A program made the translations under genes and the position numbers. The notes under the pieces were generated by a model. That model was not told the DNA's origin. It saw only the letters and a list, made by a program, of their open reading frames with translations, and made no database searches. A stretch of DNA of 64,000 bases, taken from positions 1,857,067-1,921,066 of the forward strand of contig OZ220467.1 in NCBI GenBank assembly GCA_965116075.1, written 5' to 3'. This stretch comes from Thermodesulfobacteriota bacterium. GTDB lineage: Bacteria; Desulfobacterota_D; UBA1144; Nemesobacterales; Nemesobacteraceae. Of the stretch, positions 40,900 through 51,146 are shown piece after piece. Numbering within the stretch: position 1 is the first letter of the stretch; each line of letters opens with the position of its first letter.

Positions 40900-43014
40900 A
40901 TTAAGTCACAATTCGGTTTCTTCGTTGTTAGATTTCGATCTGGACGTTACAAATTTAGTTCTGGCTATTTAATGTTTGTTATGGTATGGTGTAGATCATG
41001 AGTAGACAGATGTCTCAGGATAATAAGATTGATCTGCGCGCGATCACAGTACGTCCTACCTATGGGGAACAGGAGCGTCGTCACTGGGACCACTTAGTCA
41101 GACTACATCACTATCTTCCATTCCATCGCGTGTTCGGCAAGGGATTGCGTCATGTAGCGGAAGTTGGGTCGCGTTGGGTGGCGCTTATTGGTTGGCAGGC
41201 AGGCGCATTCAAGTTAGCGGCCCGAGACCGCTGGATTGGCTGGAGCGCCGAGCAGCAGTTTGGACGCTTGCATCTGATTGCCAACAATGTGCGGTTTGTC
41301 ATTCTGACACGGCAGCGGGTGGCGAACTTGGCATCCCGAGTGCTGGGTCTGAGTCTGAGGCGGCTGTCTTCGGACATGCAGACAGCGCACGGTTATCCAG
41401 TGTTTCTGGCTGAGACGTTCGTAGATATTTCACGTTTTAATGGTACTTGCTACCGGGCGGCCAACTGGCAGTCTTTCGGGCTAACGCGCGGGTTTGCCCG
41501 TGAGTCTGGAGGGTCTGCGCGGTGGCGCTATCATGGTCAACCCAAGGAGGTCTTCATGTTTAATCTCGTTGATAATGCTAAAGAAGTATTAAGTCAAGAA
41601 GAGTTACCACCAGAATGGACCGGTGGGGTTCGTAAGGAGCCTATGACGGCGCCACAGTTACGCAGTCTCAAAGATGTTCTAGGTAAGGTGCCTGAGTTCC
41701 GAAAGTCTCAAGGTAGACGCTATCCTCTTGTCACCGTGTTGGTTCTCGCTGTCGCCGCCCGTTTGGCTGGATACCGCGGGGTGTCCGCCATAGCGCAGTT
41801 CGCCCGACTACTTAGTCAGGAACAGCTTAAGGCCGTTGGAGCGTTCTACAGTCCCAGTAAGAAATGCTACACTGCGCCGGTAATTGCCACCTTCCATAAC
41901 ATCTTCGCAAAACTGCCACCCGACACGCTTGATAAAGCGCTGAACCTGTGGGAAGCCCGCAAGACCTCGCCCGCAGCGCCGGTGGCGATGGACAGCAAGA
42001 TGATTCGTGGCGCAGCCAAGCAGACTGAGGGTGGAATTAGAATGATGGTAGCTGCCCTCGAACATAACACCGGCGTGGTTCTCGGTCAACTAGCAATCAA
42101 AGAAAAGAGCAGTGAGATGCTAGTGGTACGCGACCTAGCCAATAAACTCGACATTGCTGATCGTACTGTCACTCTAGATGCGCTGCATGCCCAGCAGGAT
42201 ACGGCGCGCTGTCTGCTGGAAAATGGAGCCGACTATGTGATGACCGCCATCAAGAACAATCAAAGAAGGATCAGCAAGGAAATAAAGGGATTGGACTTTG
42301 ATGCTGTGCCAGGATGGACAACCGAAGATTATAAACATGGGAGGATTGAAGAACGGACCTGTTGGGTAGTAGACCTATCCGGTTCTGAGTGGGATGGACA
42401 TGTAGGCATGCACGGACGGCGTCAAGCCATACGCATAGTCCGCAAGCGCACTGAGAAGAAGACAGGTAAAACCAGTTGCGAGACTGTCTATGCTCTGACC
42501 TCACTTGGCCCAGAGCAGGCTGGAGCCAAGGAGTTACTTGCTCTGGTTCGCAACCACTGGCACATTGAGAACCGTCTGCATTATGTGCGTGACTTCACCT
42601 ACGATGAAGACCGTTGTCGGGTATCAAAAGGGTACTTACCGGAAAATCTTTCCTGTCTGAGCAACGTTGTCATCGCCATAGTGCGTTGTGAAGGTAGATT
42701 CAACTATCTGCCTGAAGCTAACCGACACTATGCCGCCCGGCCTCAGGAAGCTATTGAACTTATAATGAAGCCGTTGAACTGAACGGTCGCACTTTACTCA
42801 CAACCCCGCCGGATAGCCTGTGCACTGCTCAGGTCTGATACCCTACGCCTACTGGACGGACAAAGGCTGCGTACACTGTAAGATGAAGCCGAATGTACCC
42901 TTGTTTCTTGCTAAAACTCTCCATCTGAAGTCCAAATCACAATCCAAACACTCCAAAACATCTATCTACCCAACCCTATACAAAGTCCCCGCTACGAAAA
43001 CTGAATGGTCCTGA
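40900..43014 (+). mobile_element. ISAs1-family insertion sequence (approximate boundaries)
   Basis: Contains the ISAs1-type transposase ORF; its right boundary is placed where the conserved lipoprotein-promoter remnant (G10 at 43015) begins. Confidence 0.5.
40998..42782 (+). CDS. ISAs1-family transposase with an N-terminal Arg-rich extension (594 aa)
   Basis: C-terminal NHWHIENRLHYVRDFTYDEDRCRV signature of ISAs1 (H-repeat-associated) transposases; DDE core upstream. Confidence 0.8.
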   Translation: MSRQMSQDNKIDLRAITVRPTYGEQERRHWDHLVRLHHYLPFHRVFGKGLRHVAEVGSRWVALIGWQAGAFKLAARDRWIGWSAEQQFGRLHLIANNVRFVILTRQRVANLASRVLGLSLRRLSSDMQTAHGYPVFLAETFVDISRFNGTCYRAANWQSFGLTRGFARESGGSARWRYHGQPKEVFMFNLVDNAKEVLSQEELPPEWTGGVRKEPMTAPQLRSLKDVLGKVPEFRKSQGRRYPLVTVLVLAVAARLAGYRGVSAIAQFARLLSQEQLKAVGAFYSPSKKCYTAPVIATFHNIFAKLPPDTLDKALNLWEARKTSPAAPVAMDSKMIRGAAKQTEGGIRMMVAALEHNTGVVLGQLAIKEKSSEMLVVRDLANKLDIADRTVTLDALHAQQDTARCLLENGADYVMTAIKNNQRRISKEIKGLDFDAVPGWTTEDYKHGRIEERTCWVVDLSGSEWDGHVGMHGRRQAIRIVRKRTEKKTGKTSCETVYALTSLGPEQAGAKELLALVRNHWHIENRLHYVRDFTYDEDRCRVSKGYLPENLSCLSNVVIAIVRCEGRFNYLPEANRHYAARPQEAIELIMKPLN

Positions 43015-43024
43015 CCCCCCCCCC
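43015..43024. repeat. homopolymeric C10 tract in an orphan copy of the lipoprotein promoter module
   Basis: Reverse complement ...ctttctcgctagttcttgactttgtgag-G10 matches 19461-19500 (ctttgtcgctagtccttgacttatgtgag-G12). Confidence 0.9.
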
Positions 43025-43053
43025 TCACAAAGTCAAGAACTAGCGAGAAAGAA

Positions 43054-43217
43054 GGCATTTGCGCTGTAGGGTTTTTGGGAGTGGTTTTAGACGAATGAGG
43101 ACGTATGAACGCATGTTCAACACTGTTTCAGTTCGTACTGATTCGTATTTGAGCAATCTGATGGGCAGATTTCTTGATTTTCCCGCAATTTCCTGCTGAT
43201 TTCCGCACAATTATCAG
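43054..43217. repeat. solo left-end (LE-A) copy of the IS at 46583, forward orientation
   Basis: GGCATTTGCGCTGTAGGGTTTTTGGGAGTGGTTTTAGACG...CAATTATCAG aligns throughout with 46585-46749. Confidence 0.55.
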
Positions 43218-43256
43218 ATATATTTTCTGCGTGGTAAAATCAATACATTCCGTTCC

Positions 43257-44297
43257 ATGAAAAAAACAAATCCTCGGAAGATAAATATTCCTGAGAAAGA
43301 TATTTCATCCCTTGATCTGCCCTCTAGACCCAGAAGAAATCGCAAGTCGACTTCTGTGAGAAACCTAACTAGAGAAACCCTGTTGGCGGTGGGTGACCTC
43401 GTATATCCGCTTTTTATCCATACCAAAAACACAGACGATGAAATAGAATCAATGCCGGGATGCAAGAGATGGAGTATTGATGGACTTGTAAAGGAAGCGA
43501 AGGAGGCATTTAGTGTCGGTATTGGAGCAGTGATGCTATTTCCCGTAATTGAGAATTCCTACAAATCCCCCCTAGCCGAAGAGTGTTATAATCCGAGCGG
43601 GCTTGTCCCAAAAGCGGTTTGCGCGTTGAAAAAAGAGGTTCCTAAAATAACGGTAATAACGGATGTCGCTCTTGACCCTTATTCAAGCGAAGGTCACGAT
43701 GGAGTGGTGTCTCTTCGCGGAGAGATACTCAATGACGTCACAGTGGAGGTGCTCTGCAAGCAGGCTCTGTGCCATGCGACGGCCGGAGCAGATATCGTAG
43801 CTCCGAGCGATATGATGGATGGTCGTGTTGGCGCTCTAAGAGAAGTTCTTGACGAAAATAACTACACAAACGTTTCGATTATGTCTTATACGGCCAAGTA
43901 CGCATCCGCTTTTTACGGACCTTTCCGCGGGGCGCTTGACTCCGAGCCCAAAGGTGGGGACAAGATGACGTACCAAATGCACCCTGCAAACTCCAGAGAA
44001 TCTATCCGAGAATTACTAGCAGATGAGCAAGAGGGCGCAGACGTGGTTATGGTAAAGCCTGCAGGATATTATCTGGATCTAGTTTATATGTTTCGTGAAA
44101 ACAGTGATCTTCCTGTAGCAGCGTATCAGGTAAGCGGAGAGTATCTTATGATAAAGGCTGCGGCAGAATCAGGATGGCTTGATGAGGAAAAAGTGATTAT
44201 TGAGAGTCTTTTGGGAATAAAAAGAGCAGGGGCTGACATAATAATCACCTATTTTGCTAAAAAAGCGGCCAATCTTTTGGCAAGACCAAATGGTTAG
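43257..44297 (+). CDS. hemB: porphobilinogen synthase (delta-aminolevulinic acid dehydratase)
   Basis: RPRRNRKSTSVRNLTRETLLAVGDLVYPLFI N-terminus and active-site region (VKPAG, YQVSGEY). Confidence 0.9.
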   Translation: MKKTNPRKINIPEKDISSLDLPSRPRRNRKSTSVRNLTRETLLAVGDLVYPLFIHTKNTDDEIESMPGCKRWSIDGLVKEAKEAFSVGIGAVMLFPVIENSYKSPLAEECYNPSGLVPKAVCALKKEVPKITVITDVALDPYSSEGHDGVVSLRGEILNDVTVEVLCKQALCHATAGADIVAPSDMMDGRVGALREVLDENNYTNVSIMSYTAKYASAFYGPFRGALDSEPKGGDKMTYQMHPANSRESIRELLADEQEGADVVMVKPAGYYLDLVYMFRENSDLPVAAYQVSGEYLMIKAAAESGWLDEEKVIIESLLGIKRAGADIIITYFAKKAANLLARPNG

Positions 44298-44430
44298 AGA
44301 AATGACCACTTCTCTTTCACCTAACTAAATTAATAGCAGGAAGGAAAAACAGATCACGCTTTACAAAATCCTCAGACAGTATAGAGTTTTTGTTTATTTA
44401 AAAGGGAAAAACACTCGGTGAATAGATAAA

Positions 44431-44697
44431 ATGAAAAAAGGCATTCATCCTAATTACGGCTATGTAGTTTTTAAAGATTCTTTTACAGGGCACATGTTCC
44501 TTACACGGTCCACGAAAACCTCCGAAGAAACAGTTGCTTGGGAAGATGAAAACGAATATCCATTGATAACTGTTGAAATATCAAGTGACTCTCATCCTTT
44601 TTTCACTGGAAAGGAAAAACATTACAAAAAAGAAGGAAGAGTTGAAAAATTCCGCCGCAAGTACCAAAAAAACTCCTCTCAATCTACAGAGCAGTAA
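44431..44697 (+). CDS. rpmE2: 50S ribosomal protein L31, type B (no zinc-binding Cys pairs)
   Basis: [16 protein letters not shown]...HPFFTGK L31 signature without CxxC motifs. Confidence 0.8.
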   Translation: MKKGIHPNYGYVVFKDSFTGHMFLTRSTKTSEETVAWEDENEYPLITVEISSDSHPFFTGKEKHYKKEGRVEKFRRKYQKNSSQSTEQ

Positions 44698-45049
44698 TCA
44701 TTCTGATCTGACGTCAGATGACGGCTAGGCAGAAAACGATAACCGTTTTTAGACCATAGCAATTATAAACAACTGAGGAAGTGGGTAGACCGTAGGTCAT
44801 CCGTGCGTTCCGGATAGACTTGCCCAAATTTTTTGTAAAGCTTTACAAACCTTCTGCGATCATGTCCGCTCGAATTTGATAGAACACGGCGAAGACCTGT
44901 ACCTTTTACCAACTCAAAACCGGGTCATCTCCTTCCAAACATTTGGATATAACGGATCTCCCATATATCAACACTTCAAGCACGCGTAGAAAGAAGATCA
45001 AAATAGTATTCTGAGTCCTCAAGTCTTTCTTTGTATAACTCCCAAGTTT

Positions 45050-45336
45050 ATCCTGTCACCCATTAAAAACTTCTCCAATTGTCTATAGAGCACATAGCCA
45101 CAAGAACCAGCCTCGTAGCAGAACAATAGCACTTGGCCAGCAAATCGTTGTTCTAACCGAGAGACAAGCTTCTTTATCTCCTGTGGACGATTAGGCTATC
45201 TCTCCAAGGAATTCAGGGTCTTCACGTCCTTCGCAAGCCACAGATACTGCAATAGTCTCCTTATGTACGTCTAAGCCTATGTACGCAGGATAGTTGTGAT
45301 TGCTACAACCAGTCTCCGACTTCGTGTTGAACTTCA
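45050..45336 (-). pseudogene. IS110-family transposase N-terminal fragment (truncated, with in-frame stop)
   Basis: Minus-strand translation MKFNTKSETGCSNHNYPAYIGLDVHKETIAVSVA..., then after a stop ...KLVSRLEQRFAGQVLLFCYEAGSCGYVLYRQLEKF. This is the IS110 DEDD N-domain signature (IGxDVHK, YEAGxxGY). RBS ggagg upstream. Confidence 0.5.
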
Positions 45337-45343
45337 TGATAAT

Positions 45344-46500
45344 TTAACCTCCTAGTGTTCCGTCAAGCAATGATTTTGGGTAGAGAGACTTAAGTCTGCA
45401 ACGGGCATCGGCAACCGACATACGCCAGTTCACACCACGCTGGCTTGCGTTGACGCGTTGCGACCACGCCGTTACTTCTGCCCGCAACTCGTCTAAGTCC
45501 CCGATCCGTAGACCCTTCAGACACTGCCGCGTCAGACAACTCAACTCGCACTCCGCCACGTTCAGCCAACTCGCGTGCTTTGGGGTGTACTGGAACTTGA
45601 TGCGCTGTCTCAACCGCCGTGCCCGCTCCGGCTCAAAAGCCTCGTATAACGCTCCCAGCGTGTGCGTGTTGAGGTTGTCCAGCACCAGCGTGATCATCTC
45701 GCAGTTTGCATAGCGATTCTCCAGCAGAGCCGCCACCTCCTCCGCCCAGTCCAATTTAGTGCGCCGCTCTCGCACCGTCACCGTGCGCCAACCTGCCAGC
45801 GGTTCACAGAACAGGAACACCAAGGCCATGCCGGCCCGTTGATACTTATAGTCCACACGGTGCGGATGCTCCGTGGTTGCAGGCAATGGCTGGCGGGTTT
45901 CCCCCACCATCTGTAGTCCATGCAAAACACTGGCCGCCGCTCATCGTAAGGCTCCTCGTAGGTCGACAGAACATCTTCCATGGCCGCCACATACTCCCCG
46001 TCCGCCTTCGGCGGAATCACCCAGTACTGCAGGTAGCGTCCCGCTATACCGTTTTTTTTAATGTCTTGTTGACGGTTTCGTGGCTGATCAATTCACAGAT
46101 GCCGGTCTCAACCGCCTCGCTTGCCAGCAGACGTAGCGACCATTGACCGCAACCGGCCGGTGGCGACCCCAGCCGTAGTGCGATCAGCGCGGCTTCCTGC
46201 CGCCCGTCCAAAAGCTTCGGTGGTCAGGTGGACGGGTTCTGTTGCCGCCCGTTGAGGGCCAACTCAAAACCTTCCAGCACACAACATTTACGCACGTTCG
46301 CGACGGTGCGCTCCTGACAACCGTAGGCCTCCGCGACCTGGTGGTCGCACCAGTTCGGCCCGTCCGCATCAACTTGTAGCAGAATACGCGCCCTGCACGC
46401 TTTCTGACTGCTACCCTTGAGTTTCTTGATGACCTCCCGACATGTCTTGCGTTCGGCCTCTGACAGGCGCACAATGTACTTCTTCATGGTTACTTCTCCT
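45344..46500 (-). pseudogene. IS630-family (Tc1/mariner-like) transposase split across three frames
   Basis: HTH N-terminal part 46224-46500 (...IVRLSEAERKTCREVIKK...). DDE part at 45344-45925 (VLDNLNTHT...YTPKHASWLNVAECE). Intervening piece 45778-46020 in a third frame. Confidence 0.65.
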
Positions 46501-46582
46501 TTGTTATAGAAAGATGGCTTGGGACACAGATCCCTCGCCTTAAAACACATTATACACAAAATGTTGATCTTGACGCAACACT

Positions 46583-48567
46583 GAGGCATTTGCGCTGTAA
46601 GGTTTTTGAGAGTGATTTTAGACGTAATGAGGTCATATGAACACATGTTCAGAACCGTTTCAGTTTGTACTGATTCGTATTTGAACAATCTGACGGTCAG
46701 ATTCCTTGATTTTCGCAGGATATGATGCTGATTTTCGCCCAATTATCAGCCTTTAGACGCAACTATACATTCACGGCCACTACCGCTAAATTCCTCTGGT
46801 CAAATTATCTGTAGTATTCGGAGAAAAACCCTATCCAGCCCGAGGAGCACACCCAGAAACAAGGGACCTCATCTTATCAGCCCTTCCAGCCTTTATGTGT
46901 CCAATGGCTAACGCCATCATCACACTCAACGCTAAGCCTGTACGAGCAGTCATTTTTGCCTTGCCTCTGATAAAATGCCTCTCTAACTTAAAACTATTGT
47001 CAACCCTTGAGTTTATACGTTCTATAGAATTCCTAAGCTTATACTCCCGCTCCCAAGTTACTGAACCATACGGAGTCGGGGTAAAAATACGAGGGTCCTT
47101 GTCCAAAGGAACTCGTATGGATAAGCCATATTCACTGTTCTTACGACCCGCATTTTTGTGACACTTCTCCCTGCCTACGCAATTCAGGTTATGCGCTGCC
47201 GCAGGACAACGAAACTTCAAAGTACCTCGCTCCTCTTCATATCCCCAACCCACCAACTTACTTTCTACCTTGGTTATAGGACAACGACACCAAACCTCGC
47301 CCTTCTCTGTGTAGAATATGTTGTTAATATCTTCTCTCAAAGGCCGCATAATCTTTTGCCCAGCAATATAGTTCTGATTCTCCAACTCCACCCTCCACAT
47401 CTCTCGGATACCAATTATAGGGTCAGTTCCATATTCGTTCCAAAACTTCTTCTTCAATGACTCACTGTCAAGACCCTTGTCTGCGCTGAAATATTCGCAT
47501 CGCTCCACCAACTCAGGGTTCTGCGCAAACAACTTGTCTATCATCCGATTCAACTCCTTATATTCTGATACAGATGCCTTTGTAAGACTCATCGCAACCG
47601 GTATCTCATACTTGGTATCGGCAATTACATGCAACTTGTAACCAAACCATCTCTTTACGCTTTTCCATGCCTTGCCTGTAGCAGAGTTAAACCCAGACGT
47701 AGTATGTACTCCCCAGTCCGCATCAGGATCGGATGTCTCTCCTGTCTTATTGCTCTTTCTCCCTGTGGAATTACTCTCTATAGACTTACCGTCATATCCT
47801 AGATGCTTCCCAAAATCCGGAAGCGATTCTCTCAACTCTCCTCCCATTCTATCCATCATTTTCGAAATCAGACCGTCGCGTTGCTCCAACTTCGCTACGT
47901 TTGATAGAAACCGAGAGAAATTGTGACTGCTAGGCGCCGTACTGTAGATAGGAAATTGTTTAACCACAACTTTAGGTCTCCCGCCGTTTTCATCCTGCTC
48001 AAGACTGTACTTGTCAATATGTTGTATGGGAATGGGACAGAATCCACATCTATTAAGTAGTTCAGAATTACGGTTCAGTTCCCGTATCAGTGATTCTATG
48101 GATTCGTGCTGAAACACTACGCCAGCAATCGTCGCCCTCCACATTGGTTCTACCGGATACTCATTACGCCCGTTCTTGCGCATAGCTTTCAAAGCCCTAA
48201 TGATATCTTCATCAGGCAAAGCATCCAAAACCAACTCAAGACGGTTGAGGTCTGAAATCTCATCAATTTGTTCCCAAGAGAATGGTAAATACTTTTTTTG
48301 TAGCAACTGTTTGCTCCTTATAGAGAGAATGTGTGAATGTTAGGAAGAATAATAACTGATATAGAATGTAAAGCAAGTAATATCAGCAAGTTATTTATCT
48401 CTTTCCCAAGTTTTTCAGGGAGAAATCGGCAACTGGTTTATGTGGGGTGAAATTTGTGGTTTTTGGCTTACATTAGCCGATTTTAGGGCTTTTTTGGGGT
48501 AAAAAGTTTTTTACCCCTTCTAAAAACCCTTGATATACATACATCTTTTGGACAGCGCAAATGCCTC
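46583..48567 (-). mobile_element. intact insertion sequence (~1985 bp) with perfect 16-bp TIRs and one DDE transposase ORF; master copy of the dispersed LE/RE repeats
   Basis: GAGGCATTTGCGCTGT at 46583-46598 and ACAGCGCAAATGCCTC at 48552-48567. LE interior matches the 43054 and 19295 copies; RE interior matches 9300-9501 and 31255-31400. Confidence 0.7.
46831..48306 (-). CDS. DDE transposase, IS4/IS5 superfamily (family unassigned)
   Basis: 491 aa. DDE region (GYKLHVIADTKYEIPVAM...) and C-terminal E(x6)R/K signature (SIERINSRVDNSFKLER) typical of the IS4/IS5 superfamily. Confidence 0.8.
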   Translation of the reverse strand: MLQKKYLPFSWEQIDEISDLNRLELVLDALPDEDIIRALKAMRKNGRNEYPVEPMWRATIAGVVFQHESIESLIRELNRNSELLNRCGFCPIPIQHIDKYSLEQDENGGRPKVVVKQFPIYSTAPSSHNFSRFLSNVAKLEQRDGLISKMMDRMGGELRESLPDFGKHLGYDGKSIESNSTGRKSNKTGETSDPDADWGVHTTSGFNSATGKAWKSVKRWFGYKLHVIADTKYEIPVAMSLTKASVSEYKELNRMIDKLFAQNPELVERCEYFSADKGLDSESLKKKFWNEYGTDPIIGIREMWRVELENQNYIAGQKIMRPLREDINNIFYTEKGEVWCRCPITKVESKLVGWGYEEERGTLKFRCPAAAHNLNCVGREKCHKNAGRKNSEYGLSIRVPLDKDPRIFTPTPYGSVTWEREYKLRNSIERINSRVDNSFKLERHFIRGKAKMTARTGLALSVMMALAIGHIKAGRADKMRSLVSGCAPRAG

Positions 48568-48742
48568 AACACTAGTTGAAATCTTTTTCCTTCCTTACTT
48601 TCAGCATACCCACCCTTTGAGGACGGGAAGGTCAAATCATCATGACTAAGTATATAACCCCTCACATCATTTGAGTTGTTGAATATAAGATCAAAAACAT
48701 GGTATAGTCAGTTTATAATATTTTATTTCTAGGAGGTGTAAT

Positions 48743-50236
48743 ATGAAGTTTGTTGGATGCTTTCAAAGGGCTCATTCTATAAGAATCCTGACTCTATTTT
48801 TCGTAGGTGTCATGTTATTATTTACATTCGCTCATACTACTAAAGTATTAGCTCATGATCCTAGCGATGCCGATGATAAGAAAGCTTCAGACGTAGATGT
48901 TACAAGTAAGGCAGATGTTGAGGGATTTCTCTCACATGTAGTGGAACATTATAATTCTCTATCGGAATCGTCGTTAAAGGAAAGAAGTGAAGACTCATCA
49001 ACATCGCGACAGTTTGCACCTGCCGCCAGAGAGTTAAGGACCAATCCGGTCTACAAAGACCTTGACAGGGGAATGTATGTAATTTTAATAAACTCTGGTG
49101 GAACTGTATTAAATCACTCGGCATATCCCGAACTTTTTGGGTACAAGTTTGATATGACTTCTATTGAAGGGGATGACAATGAAGGAGAGGACACGACTCC
49201 TGCTGAAGCTTTACAAGTTTTAATTACGGAGTCAACTGGAGGTAATACTAAGTGCAAAGATTATAAATATGGTGATAAAACGAGATGGGCCTGCGGAACC
49301 CGTGTAAATTACGGACGTTTCGAGGATGTTATAACGGCCGTAGTAGGTCTTCATCATGAGAATAAGAAAGATGATGGGAAGTTACATGAAAACAACCCTT
49401 TTTCTGAACCTGACTGCCCTGGTTTTCTAGAGTTAAAAACCACTGCTAAGAAGGTACATATGGATCCGACGGAGGCCAACCTTAAAGCTTTTGTAAGAGA
49501 ATCTATTGAATCGCTTAACCACGCTGTAGCTAAAGGTATGTCCGATCTAGTAGGTAAGCAGACCTCAGACTTCTTGTCTACTGAGCAGAAACGATTGGAT
49601 TTTGCTGAGAAAATCGCTGTTAAGTTAACTAGTTTAGCTGGTTGTGCTAATGTTGAAGAATTCAAGCATGAAAACATATATCTTTTCGCTATGACGGCAA
49701 CTCCAGAAGGTACTGTGTTTGTTAACGGAAACAATGCCGATTTGAATGGTCTTACACTAGAGTTAGAAGATGGAGAGTTAGACGGTGATGACAAAAAAAT
49801 AGTGACCCTGTTTCGAAATGCGTTGATACCTCAAAATAGAAAGGAAAAGAAACCCAAAGTTGGAGATTCCGCTATAGTCGAATACCGATGGAGCGACCCT
49901 GCTAAAAACGGTACTGATCTGATTAAGAACTGGCTTGAAAATAACAGTGTTCCCGGCACTACGCCTAAGAAAAGTTATATTCAAGTGACGGATATAACAT
50001 CTGGAATTGACGAAAAGATTCGGAAGATTCCAGGACTTGGTCAGTTACTGGACGGCATAACTCTCAAGATCGTTGGTTCTGGGATTTATCCAACCCCAAC
50101 AACTCCAGCGACTAAAGATGACGATGACGGATGCGCGATTGCTGGAACAGACCATTCATCTCAAAACGCTTTGGTTAATCTATTGTTGATAACATCTGTT
50201 CTGTTCTCAATTGTTTTTTTGAGAAGACGCGCTTAA
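48743..50236 (+). CDS. paralogous secreted/surface protein with tandem Cache-like domains and C-terminal GCAIAG/TM helix/RRR tail
   Basis: Shares blocks with 29636-31099 (GGNT.C.DYKY, HENxKDDGKLHENNPFS.PDC, ENIYLF.MTAT.EGTVF, LNGLTLELED.EL.G.DKKIVTLFR) and the C-terminal KDDDDGCAIAGTDHSSQNALVNLLLITSVLFSIVFLRRRA. Confidence 0.65.
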   Translation: MKFVGCFQRAHSIRILTLFFVGVMLLFTFAHTTKVLAHDPSDADDKKASDVDVTSKADVEGFLSHVVEHYNSLSESSLKERSEDSSTSRQFAPAARELRTNPVYKDLDRGMYVILINSGGTVLNHSAYPELFGYKFDMTSIEGDDNEGEDTTPAEALQVLITESTGGNTKCKDYKYGDKTRWACGTRVNYGRFEDVITAVVGLHHENKKDDGKLHENNPFSEPDCPGFLELKTTAKKVHMDPTEANLKAFVRESIESLNHAVAKGMSDLVGKQTSDFLSTEQKRLDFAEKIAVKLTSLAGCANVEEFKHENIYLFAMTATPEGTVFVNGNNADLNGLTLELEDGELDGDDKKIVTLFRNALIPQNRKEKKPKVGDSAIVEYRWSDPAKNGTDLIKNWLENNSVPGTTPKKSYIQVTDITSGIDEKIRKIPGLGQLLDGITLKIVGSGIYPTPTTPATKDDDDGCAIAGTDHSSQNALVNLLLITSVLFSIVFLRRRA

Positions 50237-50264
50237 TTTATACGACTTTTAAGATTTGTTTATT

Positions 50265-50300
50265 GAACAAGGGCGGTTTAAAAACCGTCCTTGTTCTTTT
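50265..50300 (+). terminator. rho-independent terminator
   Basis: gaacaagggcggttt / aaaccgtccttgttc stem (one mismatch) followed by TTTTCTT. Confidence 0.55.
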
Positions 50301-50488
50301 CTTCCAGAGTTCAGAATTGATTTACCGCAATTAGCAACGTTTCTGTTTGCAAATACGCTACTACGGAAATAGACTCATAAGTTGGTGTGTACACAGCGCT
50401 GATATATTTCTTCTAATCAAGTGTTGTCCACATTATTCACCGTAGAAACAGCATAAATAAGGAGATTGAAGAACTCCGCCTTGGCTTT

Positions 50489-51146
50489 TTGCCCTCTGTG
50501 AAGGAGGCTTTCCATATTCAGAGAAATCTTTCACAGATGGTGGTTCAGATCCCGAGTTCTGCAGATATAAGCACTGTAGCTGGAGTGGATATAGTCGTCT
50601 GCGCAAAGGAGAACAAACTTATCTGTGGAATCATTCTTTTTTCCTACCCAGAGATAAAAGAGGTTGAGAGAGTCTGGACCGTTTCGGATGAAGTCTTTCC
50701 TTATGTTCCGGGGCTTTAGGGAAGTTCCGTCTGTAATGAAAACGTTTAAAAAACTCAAGAACCGTTGTGACATGCTTATGATAGACGAACACGGGATTGC
50801 TCATCCGAGAAGATTTGGGCTCGCATGTCATGTCGGCGTGTTGCTAGATGTCCCAGCAATCGGGGTTGCGAAGAAAAGCCTTTACGGAACCTTTGAGAAT
50901 CTTGGTCTCGCAAGAGGTGAGAGAACGTTTATAAAAGGAGAAGACAACTCTGACGTAATAGGGGTGGTTTTGAGAACAAGGGATGGAGTAAAGCCCGTAT
51001 TTATATCAGTTGGTCACAGAACCGATATTGATACGGCAGTTGCTATTGTACTTAAGTGCTTAAGCGGGTTAAGAATTCCAGAACCTACAAGGCTTGCGGA
51101 TAAATACGTTGCTTCGCTTAAGAAGGAAGCATGCCTTTTTTATTAG
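50489..51146 (+). pseudogene. nfi: endonuclease V (nfi) interrupted by a +1 frameshift in a GGGG run near 50710
   Basis: N-terminal part ends ...YVPGL*; the other frame continues FREVPSVM...DEHGIAHPRRFGLACHVGVLLDVPAIGVAKK (EndoV signature). One extra G in ccgggg explains the shift. Confidence 0.7.

Noticed and set aside
43054-43217. The ~165-bp LE repeat as a small RNA gene
   Set aside because: It is explained as the subterminal left end of the IS at 46583, being contiguous with the TIR and the transposase there. No independent promoter or terminator.
45662-46146. Plus-strand ORFs inside the IS630 region (45662-45916, 45873-46146)
   Set aside because: These lie antisense to the transposase fragments and are Arg/Pro-rich shadows.
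9028-48567. Possible CRISPR array suggested by the many repeated intergenic boxes
   Set aside because: The repeats are dispersed kilobases apart, are 16 bp long and are flanked by long homologous IS-end sequence. They are not regularly spaced short repeats with unique spacers.
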